A stretch of 38,720 nt of DNA from Candidatus Cryosericum sp. (GTDB lineage: Bacteria > Caldisericota > Caldisericia > Cryosericales > Cryosericaceae): contig JBNAWM010000004.1 in assembly GCA_049699855.1 (NCBI GenBank), forward strand, positions 1 to 38,720. The letters run 5' to 3'. A model generated the notes under the pieces. The model saw only the letters and a program-made list of their open reading frames with translations. It ran no database searches and was not told where the DNA came from. The position numbers were made by a program, and so were the translations under genes. Shown piece after piece: positions 1 through 12,456 of the stretch; the stretch's first letter is position 1, and each line of letters begins with the position of its first letter.

Positions 1-641
1 TGAACATCGACATCTTCTGCTTCCGGCAGAACGGCCACCGTGGCCGTCGACGTATGAATGCGGCCCGAAGCCTCAGTCGCAGGAACGCGCTGCACGCGGT
101 GCACGCCACTCTCGAACTTGAAGAGTTTGTAGCTGCCGACACCCAGAACCGAGAAGACGATTTCCTTGAATCCACCGATCTCGGTCGGATGGCTCGAAAT
201 GACCTCAATCTTCAGTCCGTGCTGAGCAGCGAAGTACGAGTACATGCGGAACAGATCCGCAGCAAACAACGCCGCTTCATCTCCTCCAACGCCTGCACGG
301 ATCTCGACGATGATATTCTTGTCGTCGTCCGGATCCTTGGGAATGCGCTCCTCCTCCACCCGAGCAAGAATGCTCTCCAGCTCTTGATGGATGCGCGCGT
401 TGTCCTCTTCAATGACATGACTGAATTCGCTGTCAGAGCTATCGGCAAGCAGCGCCTCGTTGTCGGCAAGCTGACGCCTCAACGACTCTTCTTTGGTCAA
501 AAGCTGAAACAAGGAATCCATGGTACGGCGCTCAAGTGTCAGCTTTTGAATCTCCTTCTGGTCTATGTCATACCGCAAACCGGCAATCCGCTCATCAATT
601 TCATGAATCCGACGTGCCAACTGTTCCGTTTCCAGGCTCAT
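1..641 (-). CDS. prfA: Peptide chain release factor 1 (5' part; runs off the window edge)
   Basis: Manual translation of the minus strand from ATG at 641 gives ...[27 protein letters not shown]...[33 protein letters not shown], including the RF1 PxT tripeptide (PAT). Absent from the ORF track because there is no stop in the window. Confidence 0.96.
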   Translation of the reverse strand, partial: MSLETEQLARRIHEIDERIAGLRYDIDQKEIQKLTLERRTMDSLFQLLTKEESLRRQLADNEALLADSSDSEFSHVIEEDNARIHQELESILARVEEERIPKDPDDDKNIIVEIRAGVGGDEAALFAADLFRMYSYFAAQHGLKIEVISSHPTEIGGFKEIVFSVLGVGSYKLFKFESGVHRVQRVPATEASGRIHTSTATVAVLPEAEDVDV

Positions 642-657
642 CTCACATCCTTGAGCC

Positions 658-1266
658 TCAAATGAGGCGCTCTTTCTCGGGCACTCGCTCAGGACGACCT
701 GGGACGACGTGATGCTCCCGGCACCGTGCTTCGTAGCTTTCAGCCGCTCCCACCATCACTACGGGGTCATCATACCTCGCCGGGCGCCCATTGACAATGC
801 GCTGAGTCCGGGTCGCGGGCCTTCCGCAGACCATGCAAACTGCCGTCAGCTTGGTGACATCTTCTGCGAGCGCAAGCAGTTCAGGCATAGGACCAAACGG
901 CTCGCCTCGGAAGTCCTGGTCCAGACCGGCAAGAATGACTCGGATACCTTTCGTGGCAAAATACTCGGCAACCTCTATGATCCCCGAATCGAAGAACTGA
1001 ACCTCATCGATTCCCACGACTTCCACGTGTCGTTCCTCGACAATGGTCAAGACATCGGCAGGAGAACTGACAACTGCCGAATCGAGGCGTACGCCGGAGT
1101 GAGACGTGATGGCCTCAAGCCCGTAGCGGTCATCCAGCGATGACTTGAGTGCTATTACCTTCTGTCTGGCGATCTGCGCTCTCTTGAGCCGCCGAATCAA
1201 CTCCTCGGACTTTCCAGAGAACATGCAGCCAGCAATGACCTCGATACGGCCAGAGAAACTCTCCAT
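658..1266 (-). CDS. tdk: Thymidine kinase
   Basis: [15 protein letters not shown]-loop, [20 protein letters not shown], zinc-binding CMVCG...YEARCREH. Confidence 0.96.
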   Translation of the reverse strand: MESFSGRIEVIAGCMFSGKSEELIRRLKRAQIARQKVIALKSSLDDRYGLEAITSHSGVRLDSAVVSSPADVLTIVEERHVEVVGIDEVQFFDSGIIEVAEYFATKGIRVILAGLDQDFRGEPFGPMPELLALAEDVTKLTAVCMVCGRPATRTQRIVNGRPARYDDPVVMVGAAESYEARCREHHVVPGRPERVPEKERLI

Positions 1267-1271
1267 AGCCT

Positions 1272-2723
1272 CTAGCGTCCGGCACTGTCCTGCGCAACGA
1301 TATTGGCAAGGAACTCCCGGTTGTTTGCGGTCCTCTGCAACATTGCAATGAGCTTTTCAAGACTCTCTGTGGGATCCTCATTGCCAATGAACTGCCGGAG
1401 TGCCCAGATCTTGCGATATTCCTCGGGAGTGTAGAGCAGCTCTTCGCGGCGCGTCCCTGACTTGCGGACATCAATGGCAGGAAAGACTCTACGCTCAGCC
1501 AGTTCGCGGTCCAGGACAAGCTCCATGTTGCCCGTGCCTTTGAATTCCTCATAGATGACCTGGTCCAGCCGGCTGCCCGTCTCAATGAGCGCCGTCGCTA
1601 TGATCGTGAGGCTTCCACCCTCTACCATGTTGCGAGCTGCACCAATAACCCTCTTGGGGCCTCTGATGGCTGTAGGGTCGAGTCCACCAGAAAGGGTTTT
1701 GCCAGAGGACGAACTGATGAGGTTGTAAGCGCGCGTGAGTCTGGTGATGCCGTCCAGCAAGATAACGACATCTTTCTTGACCTCGACAAGCCGCTTTGCA
1801 CGTTCCAGGGCAAGCTCAACCACTCGGATGTGGTTCTCGGGAGGCTGATCGAATGTAGAACTGATCACCTCGCTGCGAATCGACTGCTTCATATCGGTCA
1901 CTTCTTCGGGCCGTTCGTCGATGAGCAGAACCATCAGCGTGACTTCGGGGTGATTGTACTCAATACTCTGCGCAATGGCCTTCAGGATGGTCGTCTTGCC
2001 AGCCTTCGGAGGAGACACGATCAGTCCGCGCTGACCTTTGCCAATGGGAGCCACCAGCTCAACGAGCCTGAGCGCCATGCTGCAGTTTGGTGTCTCTAGT
2101 TTGAGGTGCTTGTTTGGAAAAACAGGGGTCAGTGACTCGAACTGGGGGCGATTGAGCATGTGTCCCTCGACGCTCATGCCATTGATGCTGCGGATGCGAA
2201 CGAGTGAAGCATATTTCTCTTTGTCACCGCGAGGAGGATGAACCGTGCCTTCCAACCAGTCTCCGGTACGGAAACCGAACCTGCGGATCATCGGCGGTGA
2301 AATATAGACGTCACTTGAGGAAGGGAAGTAGTTGGCACGCATGAATCCATAGCCCTCGGCGAGGATCTCACAGAGGCCGGATGTAACAAATTCTCCTCCG
2401 CCCATGCGAGTTGCTTCCGGTTCTCGACGCTCGGATGAGCTTGCTATGACAGCCCCGGAGACAACCTGTGCCCGTGCGCGCTGCTGCTCCACGTCCAGAT
2501 GCTCTGTCACGACCGGCGACGTGTCATGATCACGGTCATACGATCCTGCTGGAGTCATGGGAGATCCTCCCTCAACATTGCCATCCGTACCCCCAAGTTT
2601 CAATAACTCATCAATGAGCTCCGGCTTCTTGAGCCGAGTGTAGTTGCGAACATGCAACACCTTCGCAATCTCGTACAACTCGCGTGATGTCTTCTCAAGC
2701 AGTTCCTGTTGTGTGAAATTCAT
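1272..2723 (-). CDS. rho: Transcription termination factor Rho
   Basis: Rho_N helix region, GYGFMR RNA-binding motif, [52 protein letters not shown]. Confidence 0.97.
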   Translation of the reverse strand: MNFTQQELLEKTSRELYEIAKVLHVRNYTRLKKPELIDELLKLGGTDGNVEGGSPMTPAGSYDRDHDTSPVVTEHLDVEQQRARAQVVSGAVIASSSERREPEATRMGGGEFVTSGLCEILAEGYGFMRANYFPSSSDVYISPPMIRRFGFRTGDWLEGTVHPPRGDKEKYASLVRIRSINGMSVEGHMLNRPQFESLTPVFPNKHLKLETPNCSMALRLVELVAPIGKGQRGLIVSPPKAGKTTILKAIAQSIEYNHPEVTLMVLLIDERPEEVTDMKQSIRSEVISSTFDQPPENHIRVVELALERAKRLVEVKKDVVILLDGITRLTRAYNLISSSSGKTLSGGLDPTAIRGPKRVIGAARNMVEGGSLTIIATALIETGSRLDQVIYEEFKGTGNMELVLDRELAERRVFPAIDVRKSGTRREELLYTPEEYRKIWALRQFIGNEDPTESLEKLIAMLQRTANNREFLANIVAQDSAGR

Positions 2724-2750
2724 ATGTGTCCACCTTCCTTGTGAGGATTG

Positions 2751-3374
2751 TCAGGGAATAGCCAGCAGAGATCCAATGGACTGCTTGAACGAGCCAAGCA
2801 CGGTTCTGCCTGTCTCGCATTGCCGTATGGCAACTTGTATCTGATTTTTGTAGTCAGGATCCCGAAGATAGGCAAGGTTCACGTACACGTTTGCAATACC
2901 GCCTTCTAGAGCAGCCTCAAGCATTGAAGCGCCTACATACAGATCGGAGGCAATGTCCTTGGGGGCGCCCTGAAACGCCTCGGACAACAGCTGGGCAAAC
3001 TCGCACACGCGCCGCGCCAGTCCCAACGGGACCTCCGTGGATTGCTTGAGAGCCTCCTGCATGGCGGCACGCCGGATGCTCTTCTCCTCTTCCGTCGCCT
3101 TGGATAGTTTTACTGCTGTCATATATCCTTCAAACGCGGCACTATCACGGTCCATCATGGAGGTGAACTCCTCGCGGCTGGCCTCGCACGCAGAAACAAA
3201 GGGCTCCAAACGAGTCTTCTCGGCTTCATCCCGCGCGCCAACAACGTTGGCCACCATCTCGACGAGCGCGATTCCCATAGCCGCGGCCAAACCGGAGGCG
3301 CTCCCCCCGCCGGGAGTCGGATTGCGTGACGAGAGTTCGGTCAAAAACTCATCCAGGGTTTGATTTTTAAACAT
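2751..3374 (-). CDS. Cyclodeaminase/cyclohydrolase family protein (FTCD C-terminal / FchA-like methenyl-THF cyclohydrolase)
   Basis: FLTELSSRNPTPGGGSASGLAAAMG, DRDSAAF, SDLYVG, NVYVNL motifs. Start moved to ATG 3374 (MFKNQTL), which has a GAGG upstream. Confidence 0.88.
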   Translation of the reverse strand: MFKNQTLDEFLTELSSRNPTPGGGSASGLAAAMGIALVEMVANVVGARDEAEKTRLEPFVSACEASREEFTSMMDRDSAAFEGYMTAVKLSKATEEEKSIRRAAMQEALKQSTEVPLGLARRVCEFAQLLSEAFQGAPKDIASDLYVGASMLEAALEGGIANVYVNLAYLRDPDYKNQIQVAIRQCETGRTVLGSFKQSIGSLLAIP

Positions 3375-3421
3375 TTCGACCTCATGGTTGACAATTGGAT
3401 TGTTCCGACTTGTTCGTTCAA

Positions 3422-3449
3422 ATAATACCTGTTGATTTTGAAAATGCAA
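3422..3449 (-). promoter_or_regulatory. Putative sigma-A promoter for the cyclodeaminase-rho-tdk-prfA unit
   Basis: TTGCAT-N16-TATTAT on the minus strand. Confidence 0.5.
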
Positions 3450-3522
3450 GCATTGCCGCACGCAAAAGCTGTTCGTAAAGAACAGGAGTATAATTTGGCA
3501 TCTCATGCACGAGGAGGTAGAC

Positions 3523-3861
3523 ATGATCATCAAAGCTGTAGAAGATGTTGAAGCAATGCCGGTAACCGAGGGCGGGGCACACGGAACTACCATACGATGG
3601 CTGTTGCGAGATTCAGATGGTGTTCCGACGTTCGCCATGAGGCAGTTCGTCGTCGAGCCAGGTGGCGCCACCCCGCGCCACTCTCATGCATGGGAGCATG
3701 AGATCTACATCCTCAAGGGCACCTGCACGATCTTCTGCGAAGGGGAGACGCAACGCGTTGGTCCAGACCACGCTGTGTACATAGAGCCGAACTCGCTTCA
3801 CAGTTTCACAAATGAGGGATCCGAACCACTTATCTTCCTCTGTATGATACCTGTCAAGTAA
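3523..3861 (+). CDS. Cupin domain protein, TM1459-like metal-binding
   Basis: FAMRQFVVEPGG..PRHSHAWEHEIYILKG...EPNSLHSF...FLCMIP four-His cupin motif. GAGGAGG SD precedes ATG 3523; TATAAT at 3489-3494. Confidence 0.88.
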   Translation: MIIKAVEDVEAMPVTEGGAHGTTIRWLLRDSDGVPTFAMRQFVVEPGGATPRHSHAWEHEIYILKGTCTIFCEGETQRVGPDHAVYIEPNSLHSFTNEGSEPLIFLCMIPVK

Positions 3862-3864
3862 CAG

Positions 3865-4626
3865 ATGGACTTCGCACTGGACGGAAAAGTCATTGCCCTT
3901 TCTGGGAGCACCTCGGGAATCGGCCAAGTGCTTGCGAAACTTCTGGCTGCTGAGCAGGCGCAGCTGCTGATGGTTGGAGGAAGAGCCGAACGCCTGAAGA
4001 CACTGGTCGATTCTCTGCCAGCCAAGGCTGCCGCTCTCGTCGTTCCAGGCGATTTCCGCCGCGAGGCGGATCGCCAGACATGTGCCTCAGCTCTTTCGAA
4101 ATCGTCGCACCTTGATGGCTTTGTGTTTCTTCCGGCTGAACTGAGAACCGACGCGTTCCTCAAAGCACGCCTTTCTGAAGTTCGCGAGACATTTGAGGTC
4201 AATCTCTTCGCTGCCATGCAGCTCTCACAAGCGGCACTCGCCAGGGCTTCCTCCACAGCGAGCTTCGTGTTTGTTTCATCCATCGATGCTCACCGTCACC
4301 CGAAGCGCTTGCCATCAGCCAGCTATGACAGTTCAAAGCGAGCGCTCGAGAGCCTGGCCGAGTCTCTTGCCGTTGAGGCCGGTCCGCGGGGCATACGTTC
4401 AAACTGCATCATCCCCGGGCTGGTGCGCACACCCATGACGGAGGACTTCTTCGGCCCAGACTTTCAACGCGAGCGCCAGCTCCTTCTTGACTCCATCCCC
4501 CTTGGGCGGCCGGCAACCCCGGCAGAGATCGCCCGTCTCATCGCCTTCCTTCTTTCGCCGCTTTCAAGTTATGTCACCGGAGCGTGCATTCCCGTCGATG
4601 GAGGTTTTCTCTGCCAGGGACAGTGA
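3865..4626 (+). CDS. SDR family NAD(P)-dependent oxidoreductase
   Basis: SGSTSGIG glycine motif, FVSS, YDSSK catalytic YxxxK, GIRSNCIIPG, YVTGACIPVDGG. Confidence 0.9.
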   Translation: MDFALDGKVIALSGSTSGIGQVLAKLLAAEQAQLLMVGGRAERLKTLVDSLPAKAAALVVPGDFRREADRQTCASALSKSSHLDGFVFLPAELRTDAFLKARLSEVRETFEVNLFAAMQLSQAALARASSTASFVFVSSIDAHRHPKRLPSASYDSSKRALESLAESLAVEAGPRGIRSNCIIPGLVRTPMTEDFFGPDFQRERQLLLDSIPLGRPATPAEIARLIAFLLSPLSSYVTGACIPVDGGFLCQGQ

Positions 4627-4631
4627 CAATG

Positions 4632-4659
4632 AAAAAGGGGCGCGTCAGCGCCCCGCTTT
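4632..4659 (-). terminator. Intrinsic terminator after rpsU (possibly bidirectional)
   Basis: GGGGCGC-loop-GCGCCCC stem followed by TTTTT on the minus strand. Confidence 0.75.
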
Positions 4660-4678
4660 CGTCTCCAGGAAGAACAGC

Positions 4679-4879
4679 CTATTTGCGCCTGCGTGCGGCA
4701 ATAGACTTCTGCTTTCTCTTTTCGCTTGGCGCCATGAAGAACCGACGCTTTTTCAGCTCACCAAACAGGCCGTCACGAATGCAATCCTGCTTGTAGCGTC
4801 TCAACATGTTCTCCAGTTGAGCGTCTTCGCCTTGAGGTTCAGACCTGTCTTTGTTCCGGTCACGATAGTTTCCCATCAT
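4679..4879 (-). CDS. rpsU: 30S ribosomal protein bS21, divergent N-terminus
   Basis: LENMLRRYKQDC..GLFGELKKRRFFMAPSEKRKQKSIAARRRK matches the S21 pattern (LRRFK...E.RKR..Y.KPS.KRK.K..AAR). Strong SD AAGGAGGGG. Confidence 0.85.
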   Translation of the reverse strand: MMGNYRDRNKDRSEPQGEDAQLENMLRRYKQDCIRDGLFGELKKRRFFMAPSEKRKQKSIAARRRK

Positions 4880-4932
4880 TCACCCCTCCTTTCGTCAAAC
4901 CACTGCCAAAGGGGTTGATAAACAACCAATTC

Positions 4933-4960
4933 AGTATACCGGACTTGGTCGTTTAGTCAA
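4933..4960 (-). promoter_or_regulatory. Putative sigma-A promoter of rpsU
   Basis: TTGACT-N16-TATACT. Confidence 0.7.
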
Positions 4961-6035
4961 CGGGCTTCTTGCCCTCGCCCTCAGAAGACGAACGAAGCAA
5001 TCGAGTGCTCTTCACAATTTCCCGCACGAAAACCGCGGACGGGACTGCCAGCAGCAACCCGAAGAAGCCGCCGAGAGAACCTGCCGCAAGAATAAGAAGA
5101 ATGATGAACCCCGGATTCAATCCTGTCTTTTCGGAGATGAGCCTTGGAGCAAGGATTTGGCTCGTCACTGACTCGATGACGCCGAAGATGATCACCCATG
5201 CAATGAATTTCCCGGGACCCGCCACAGCGGCAAAGAAAGCGCCCAGCAAGGCGACCACAAATGGTCCAGCATACGGGATGAATTCGCCGAAGAAGTCGAC
5301 GACCCCGATTGTCAACGCATAGTTAATCCCGAAGAGCGCACTGGCTGTCCCCATCAGGACCGACGTGACCAAAGCGATGACAGCAAGCGCCTCTATGTAC
5401 CGTCTCGTACTGCCTGCAATTTGAGCCAGCACAACCTCGGCGCGATCCTTCTGCGTGCGGATGAAAGGAAGGGAAAGCGTCATCTCATAGTACTCGTGCG
5501 ATCCCCGCATGAAGAAGTACATGAGGACAAAGAAGGGCACCAGCGCACCGAGCCCCAGCAGCTTTCGCGAAGATGTCGTCACAATGCTTTGTCCAAAGTG
5601 GATCATGCCCGTCTGCAAACTGTCCACGGCGGCCGTAAGCGCATCCTTTGCAGCGCCCAACTGATATCGATCCAGCCAGCTCAACAGCTTTGAGAAGTAC
5701 CCTTGAATGGATAATGCGTAATTTGGCAAAGACGAGATCAGAGACCTTGTCTCATGAACAAACGGGGGAATCGTAATGGCGACCACACCTGCCACCACAC
5801 CGATGATTGCCACTATCACCACAGCAGAACTGACACCCATCGGCAGGCGAGTCTTCCGGCTCAGCAGGTGGGCCACCGGCAAGAAAAGGAACGCCGCGAA
5901 TGCCGCGGCGATCCCAAGAAAAACAATAGAGCGAAGAGTCCACAGCAGCCATACCGCCCACCCAGCCAAAGCGATGCTCAGGACAGAGAGCAGGATGACG
6001 CGAAGTGCGCTAGCTTCCTTGCTGCTCAGCCTCAT
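4953..6035 (-). CDS. AI-2E (PerM/UPF0118) family transporter
   Basis: Multiple TM helices; [34 protein letters not shown] motifs. ATG 6035 has a GGAGGT SD and overlaps the gyrA 3' end. Confidence 0.88.
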   Translation of the reverse strand: MRLSSKEASALRVILLSVLSIALAGWAVWLLWTLRSIVFLGIAAAFAAFLFLPVAHLLSRKTRLPMGVSSAVVIVAIIGVVAGVVAITIPPFVHETRSLISSLPNYALSIQGYFSKLLSWLDRYQLGAAKDALTAAVDSLQTGMIHFGQSIVTTSSRKLLGLGALVPFFVLMYFFMRGSHEYYEMTLSLPFIRTQKDRAEVVLAQIAGSTRRYIEALAVIALVTSVLMGTASALFGINYALTIGVVDFFGEFIPYAGPFVVALLGAFFAAVAGPGKFIAWVIIFGVIESVTSQILAPRLISEKTGLNPGFIILLILAAGSLGGFFGLLLAVPSAVFVREIVKSTRLLRSSSEGEGKKPVD

Positions 6036-8496
6036 CAGGAACCTCCGTCGGTGCAATCTCTTTCGAAATTGCCTCGGCTGCGATAACGCCGCTGCCCTTC
6101 GACTTCAGTCGGATAACCTTCACACCCGAGGAAATCCTGCCCAGCAGGGGCAGGCTTTCGGCTGGCGTTCGTATTGTCTGACCTGTACTTGTAGATACCA
6201 CAACGTCCTGGTCGACGGTGCCCGTCGTAAATGCGGCCAGTGGTCCAGTCTTGTCCGTGACGCGGTAGCAGATGACGCCACCGGATCCACGCCCGACAAG
6301 ACGGACTTCATAGGGATCCAGGCGCTTGCCATGCCCGTGCTCTGTGATCAGGGTAAATGGTACATTGGGCTGAAGGACTTCCATGCCTACCACAAACCGT
6401 CCTCCGCGCGAAAGACGCATCCCCCTGACTCCCCCGGCTGAAGCACCCATTGCGCGCACAGAGGTCGACCGAATTCGCACCGCACGGCCCGAATCTGATG
6501 CGATCAGTACTTCATCATTATCCTTGACCGGCCTCACAGCCACAACGGAGTCCCCCTCGGACAGCCTGATGAATGTTTTCCCTGTGCTCCGTATTGTGAC
6601 AAACTGTGATGTGACCATCTTCTTGATCCGGCCCCGACGAGTTGCAATGATAAATGACACGCCTTCCTGCTCGGCCGGAAGCACCGTTGCCTCGGTCACC
6701 AGCTCATCCGCCCCCATGCCAAGCAGGAGCGAGAGGTTCTCGCCACCTCCTTGACGCTTCTCTTCGGGGAGCCGGTATGCAGGAATGGAGTAAACGCGTC
6801 CCTTGTTGGTGAAGAGCAACACACGCTGCTTGGTGCGAACAGTGAAGTATTTGCTGATGTAGTCATCACGCTTGAGATTCATGCTCGCAACGCCAAGGCC
6901 CCCACGTCCCTGAGCCTTGAACGTCGAGCTTGGAATAATCTTCGCATAACCATTTCTGGAAATAACAACCATGACTTCCTTATCCTCAATAAACTGCTCG
7001 TCATCGTCCTCGCGGCGACCATCATCGCCGAGGATTTGAGTGCGACGGGGATTGCCGTACTTGCGGGCGATCTCGACAAGTTCGTCGCGGATGTAGCGTC
7101 GGATCTTATTTGGATCGGCAAGCATGGTCGTGAGCCGATCGATTTCAATCTTGTTGTCCTCGACCTCTTTGGTCAGTTTCTCGACTTCAAGCGATACCAG
7201 CGAGCGCATTCGCATCTCAAGAATTGCCTCGACCTGACGATCGTTGAGTCCGAAACTCTGAACAAGCCCAGCCGACGCCTCTTCCATCGATGCAGATGCC
7301 GTCAGGATCTCGGTCACCCGCTTGATATTGCGGATGGCGATCACCAATCCGTTGAGCACATTCAGACGCTCCTCATGTTTCCGGAGTTCCAAGCCAAAAC
7401 GCTTGCGAAGTGTCGATTCGCGGAATTCGAGAAACGTTGCCAGAACGTCGCGCAATGGAAGGGTTCGAGGAACACCATTGAGAATTCCCAGCATGCTGAC
7501 ATGGAAGTGCTGCTGAAACTGCGTGTGTCTGCGGAGCAGAAGGTCCACGCGTTCAGCGATCGCGTCTTTCTTGAGATCAAGGACGACGCGTATGCCCTCT
7601 CGGCTCGATTCATCGCGCAGATCGGACAACTGGCTCAAGCGCTTGTCCTTCATCAGATCGGCCACCTTCTGGACAAACTCGGCCTTGTTCACTTCAAACG
7701 GGAGCTCAGTAATGACAAAACGAGTCTTGCTTCCATCCTTCTCGATCGTATATTTCCCGCGGGTTACGATATTTCCACGGCCAGTCGCAATGTACTCGTC
7801 AATGCCATCCGTGCCCACGACGACTCCGCCGCCCGGGAAATCCGGGCCCTTGACGCAGGACCTGATCCTGGCCGGATCCTCAGCTTCACCGTTCATCAGG
7901 CAGTCCAGCATGTACACCAGCGCCTCGGTCAATTCGCCGAGGTTGTGCGGTGGGATATTCGTTGCCATTCCGACAGCAATGCCACTCGATCCGTTCAGCA
8001 ACAACTGCGGCACCTTCGCTGGCAAGATGCTCGGCTCCTCCAGGCTGTTGTCGAAGTTCGGGACAAACTCGACAATCTCCTTGTCCAGTTCATCCAGCAT
8101 AAGTGCAGACACAGGAGCCAATCGCACTTCGGTGTAACGCATTGCCGCAGCGGAGTCTCCATCGATCGAACCAAAATTGCCGTGTCCGTCGACCAGCGGA
8201 TACCTGAGCGAGAACTCCTGGGCCATGCGAACCAGCGAGTCATAGATGGCAACATCACCATGCGGATGATATTTGCCCAGGACATCTCCGACAATACGCG
8301 CACTCTTCTTGTAGGGCTTGTTCCAGAAACAGCCGAGCTCATACATCGCGTAAAGGATGCGCCGATGTACTGGCTTCAGACCGTCGCGGAAATCTGGCAA
8401 TGCCCGCCCAATAATGACACTCATCGAATACTCGAGATAGGACTTCCTCATCTCGTCTTCGACATAAACGTTAAAGACTCTGTCGTTTTCGGCCAT
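6010..8496 (-). CDS. gyrA: DNA gyrase subunit A
   Basis: [31 protein letters not shown] catalytic Tyr, GyrA-box-like QGRGGLG, C-terminal beta-pinwheel repeats. Confidence 0.96.
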   Translation of the reverse strand: MAENDRVFNVYVEDEMRKSYLEYSMSVIIGRALPDFRDGLKPVHRRILYAMYELGCFWNKPYKKSARIVGDVLGKYHPHGDVAIYDSLVRMAQEFSLRYPLVDGHGNFGSIDGDSAAAMRYTEVRLAPVSALMLDELDKEIVEFVPNFDNSLEEPSILPAKVPQLLLNGSSGIAVGMATNIPPHNLGELTEALVYMLDCLMNGEAEDPARIRSCVKGPDFPGGGVVVGTDGIDEYIATGRGNIVTRGKYTIEKDGSKTRFVITELPFEVNKAEFVQKVADLMKDKRLSQLSDLRDESSREGIRVVLDLKKDAIAERVDLLLRRHTQFQQHFHVSMLGILNGVPRTLPLRDVLATFLEFRESTLRKRFGLELRKHEERLNVLNGLVIAIRNIKRVTEILTASASMEEASAGLVQSFGLNDRQVEAILEMRMRSLVSLEVEKLTKEVEDNKIEIDRLTTMLADPNKIRRYIRDELVEIARKYGNPRRTQILGDDGRREDDDEQFIEDKEVMVVISRNGYAKIIPSSTFKAQGRGGLGVASMNLKRDDYISKYFTVRTKQRVLLFTNKGRVYSIPAYRLPEEKRQGGGENLSLLLGMGADELVTEATVLPAEQEGVSFIIATRRGRIKKMVTSQFVTIRSTGKTFIRLSEGDSVVAVRPVKDNDEVLIASDSGRAVRIRSTSVRAMGASAGGVRGMRLSRGGRFVVGMEVLQPNVPFTLITEHGHGKRLDPYEVRLVGRGSGGVICYRVTDKTGPLAAFTTGTVDQDVVVSTSTGQTIRTPAESLPLLGRISSGVKVIRLKSKGSGVIAAEAISKEIAPTEVPDEAEQQGS

Positions 8497-8513
8497 CGGT
8501 CTCCCTCTCTCCG

Positions 8514-10442
<1,929 letters not shown>

Positions 10443-10447
10443 CTAAC

Positions 10448-10475
10448 ATGGTACCATGGAATACAGGAAATGCAA
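10448..10475 (-). promoter_or_regulatory. Putative gyrB promoter
   Basis: TTGCAT-N16-TACCAT with TGn extended -10. Confidence 0.55.
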
Positions 10476-10549
10476 TGCAGAAACAAGGATTCAGCCCATT
10501 TGTCCCGACCGCTCTGTCAAGTAAATCTCTGCCAAATGCCTATTGCAGA

Positions 10550-11917
10550 TTACGACAGTCGCTCAAATGCCTCCCAGACACTCTTTGCAACTTTCTGTGA
10601 CTCCCGTTCAAGGCTCTCTCTGTCCACTGCCAGGACTTGGTGGTTTTTTACCACAACCCTTCCCTCCACGACGACTGTGTCCACCAGGCTGGCTGACATG
10701 CCAAAGAAGACATGTCCAAACGCATTGCCAGAATTGATCGGCGTAGGACTGGCGTAGTCCACCAAAATAAAGTCCGCCGCCGCCCCGACAGCCAGTCTGC
10801 CCACACTGCGACCCATCAAGGTGGACACGATCTCAGAGTTCGTTTCGGTCTGCGCCTTCTGCACCTCTGTCCAGAATCCCGCCGGATCAGCATACAAGTG
10901 CCTCAGCCCAACCAGTGTATTCCTGAACTCCTCAAACATGTCAGGCGTGTAGCCATCGGTCCCTATGCCCACCCTCACCCCGGCATCCAGCATCTCGCGA
11001 ACAGCAGGAAGGCCCACGGCGTTGTTCATGTTGGACATGGTGTTGACAACAACAGAGGTCCCGGATTGCGCCAGAAGCTTCCTCTCGGAAGCATCGATAC
11101 CCACGCAATGAACGGCTATTGAGCGTGGACCCAGCAATCCCGCATCACTCAACCGGGCAACGATGCGCTTGCCGTGCTTTTCGAGGCTGTCCTGTTCATC
11201 AATGGCTCCCTCGGCCACATGAATGTGGTACCCTGGCTGTCTCGACCCAACCTGCTTCCGCAACGCATCCAGGGTGGCATCAGAAACCGTAAACGAGGCA
11301 TGCAGTCCCACCATGCCCGCGGCCAGCACCGGCCTCCTGCTGGCCACTTCATCCAGAAATCGCACGTTTTCTTCGATGCCAGCCATGGCCCCGTCTACAC
11401 CGTTTCTGTCGGTAATCTCATACGACAGCACGTGCCGCAAACCAATCGTGCTCAAAGCATCAGACAATGTGGACAGACTGCCTGTGATGTAATTGGGTGA
11501 CGCGTGATGGTCCACGATCGTGGTTGTTCCTGACCGAAGAGAGTCCATGCCGCTGAACATCGCGCTCATCCAGCACGCATCCTGCAGCAGGGAACGGTCC
11601 AGCCGCCACCACAAGTCCTGGAGTACGTCAAGGAAACCATGAGAGATGCGCCCGGTACTAATGCCGCGTGAATACATCGAATACAAATGCATGTGCGCGT
11701 TCAACAACCCCGGCAGCAGCGTCATGCCGGCCGCATCGATCTCCTGCCTTCCAGCGAAGGGCATGGCAACATCAATGGGGACATCCCCTGCGCCAAGACC
11801 TGCGATGACTCCATCGCGCGCCAGCAACCACCCGCGATCGATGACGAAGCCATCGGTCGCGGGATAGACAATGCGAGCGTTTTTGACAAGTAGTTCTTCC
11901 ATCGCGTGCAATGTCAC
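10550..11917 (-). CDS. SsnA-like metal-dependent amidohydrolase (putative deaminase)
   Basis: LLPGLLNAHMHLYS, GTTTIVDHHASP, GLHASFT, YHIHVAEG, SNMNNAVG, IGTDG. GTG start overlaps the upstream stop; alternative ATG at 11902. Confidence 0.85.
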   Translation of the reverse strand: MTLHAMEELLVKNARIVYPATDGFVIDRGWLLARDGVIAGLGAGDVPIDVAMPFAGRQEIDAAGMTLLPGLLNAHMHLYSMYSRGISTGRISHGFLDVLQDLWWRLDRSLLQDACWMSAMFSGMDSLRSGTTTIVDHHASPNYITGSLSTLSDALSTIGLRHVLSYEITDRNGVDGAMAGIEENVRFLDEVASRRPVLAAGMVGLHASFTVSDATLDALRKQVGSRQPGYHIHVAEGAIDEQDSLEKHGKRIVARLSDAGLLGPRSIAVHCVGIDASERKLLAQSGTSVVVNTMSNMNNAVGLPAVREMLDAGVRVGIGTDGYTPDMFEEFRNTLVGLRHLYADPAGFWTEVQKAQTETNSEIVSTLMGRSVGRLAVGAAADFILVDYASPTPINSGNAFGHVFFGMSASLVDTVVVEGRVVVKNHQVLAVDRESLERESQKVAKSVWEAFERLS

Positions 11918-12456
11918 TTCTTGCTTACAAAATCAATGCCCGCCTGCAGCGCCCTCTTGTTGACCTCGATGAGGTCGGCCTTCTTCCCGGTCAGGAAGAC
12001 CGGAAGGGCTCCCAGGATGGATTCTATGCTGATAGGGGCCACCTTGCCCACATAGGCGCCAAGCAGCACCATGTTGGTGAATTTCGAGTTGCCCAGGTCT
12101 GCGGCAATATCGGTAGCAGGAATGGACACGATGTCTAGATCCGACCGTTGAGACTGCTTGTCCACCAGAGTGGAGTCAAGAATGAGCAATCCCCCCTTCT
12201 CGATGACCGGCTCAAACTTGTCAAAGGACTGAACATTGAAAACGATGGCTGCCTGTGGATTGGTTAAAATGGGAGAAGCAATGGGCTCATCTGCAATGAC
12301 TATAGAGCAGTTCGCCGTTCCTCCGCGCTGCTCTGGACCGTACGAAGGCATCCAGGTGACCTCCTTGCCCTCATCCATGCCCGCGTGAGCAAGCAGTTCC
12401 CCGATCAACATGACACCCTGACCGCCAAAGCCCGCAATGACGACGTTGTGTTCCAT
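11914..12456 (-). CDS. 2-oxoacid:ferredoxin oxidoreductase gamma subunit
   Basis: IAGFGGQGVMLIG, PSYGPEQRGGTANC, NMVLLGA. Confidence 0.92.
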   Translation of the reverse strand: MEHNVVIAGFGGQGVMLIGELLAHAGMDEGKEVTWMPSYGPEQRGGTANCSIVIADEPIASPILTNPQAAIVFNVQSFDKFEPVIEKGGLLILDSTLVDKQSQRSDLDIVSIPATDIAADLGNSKFTNMVLLGAYVGKVAPISIESILGALPVFLTGKKADLIEVNKRALQAGIDFVSKK

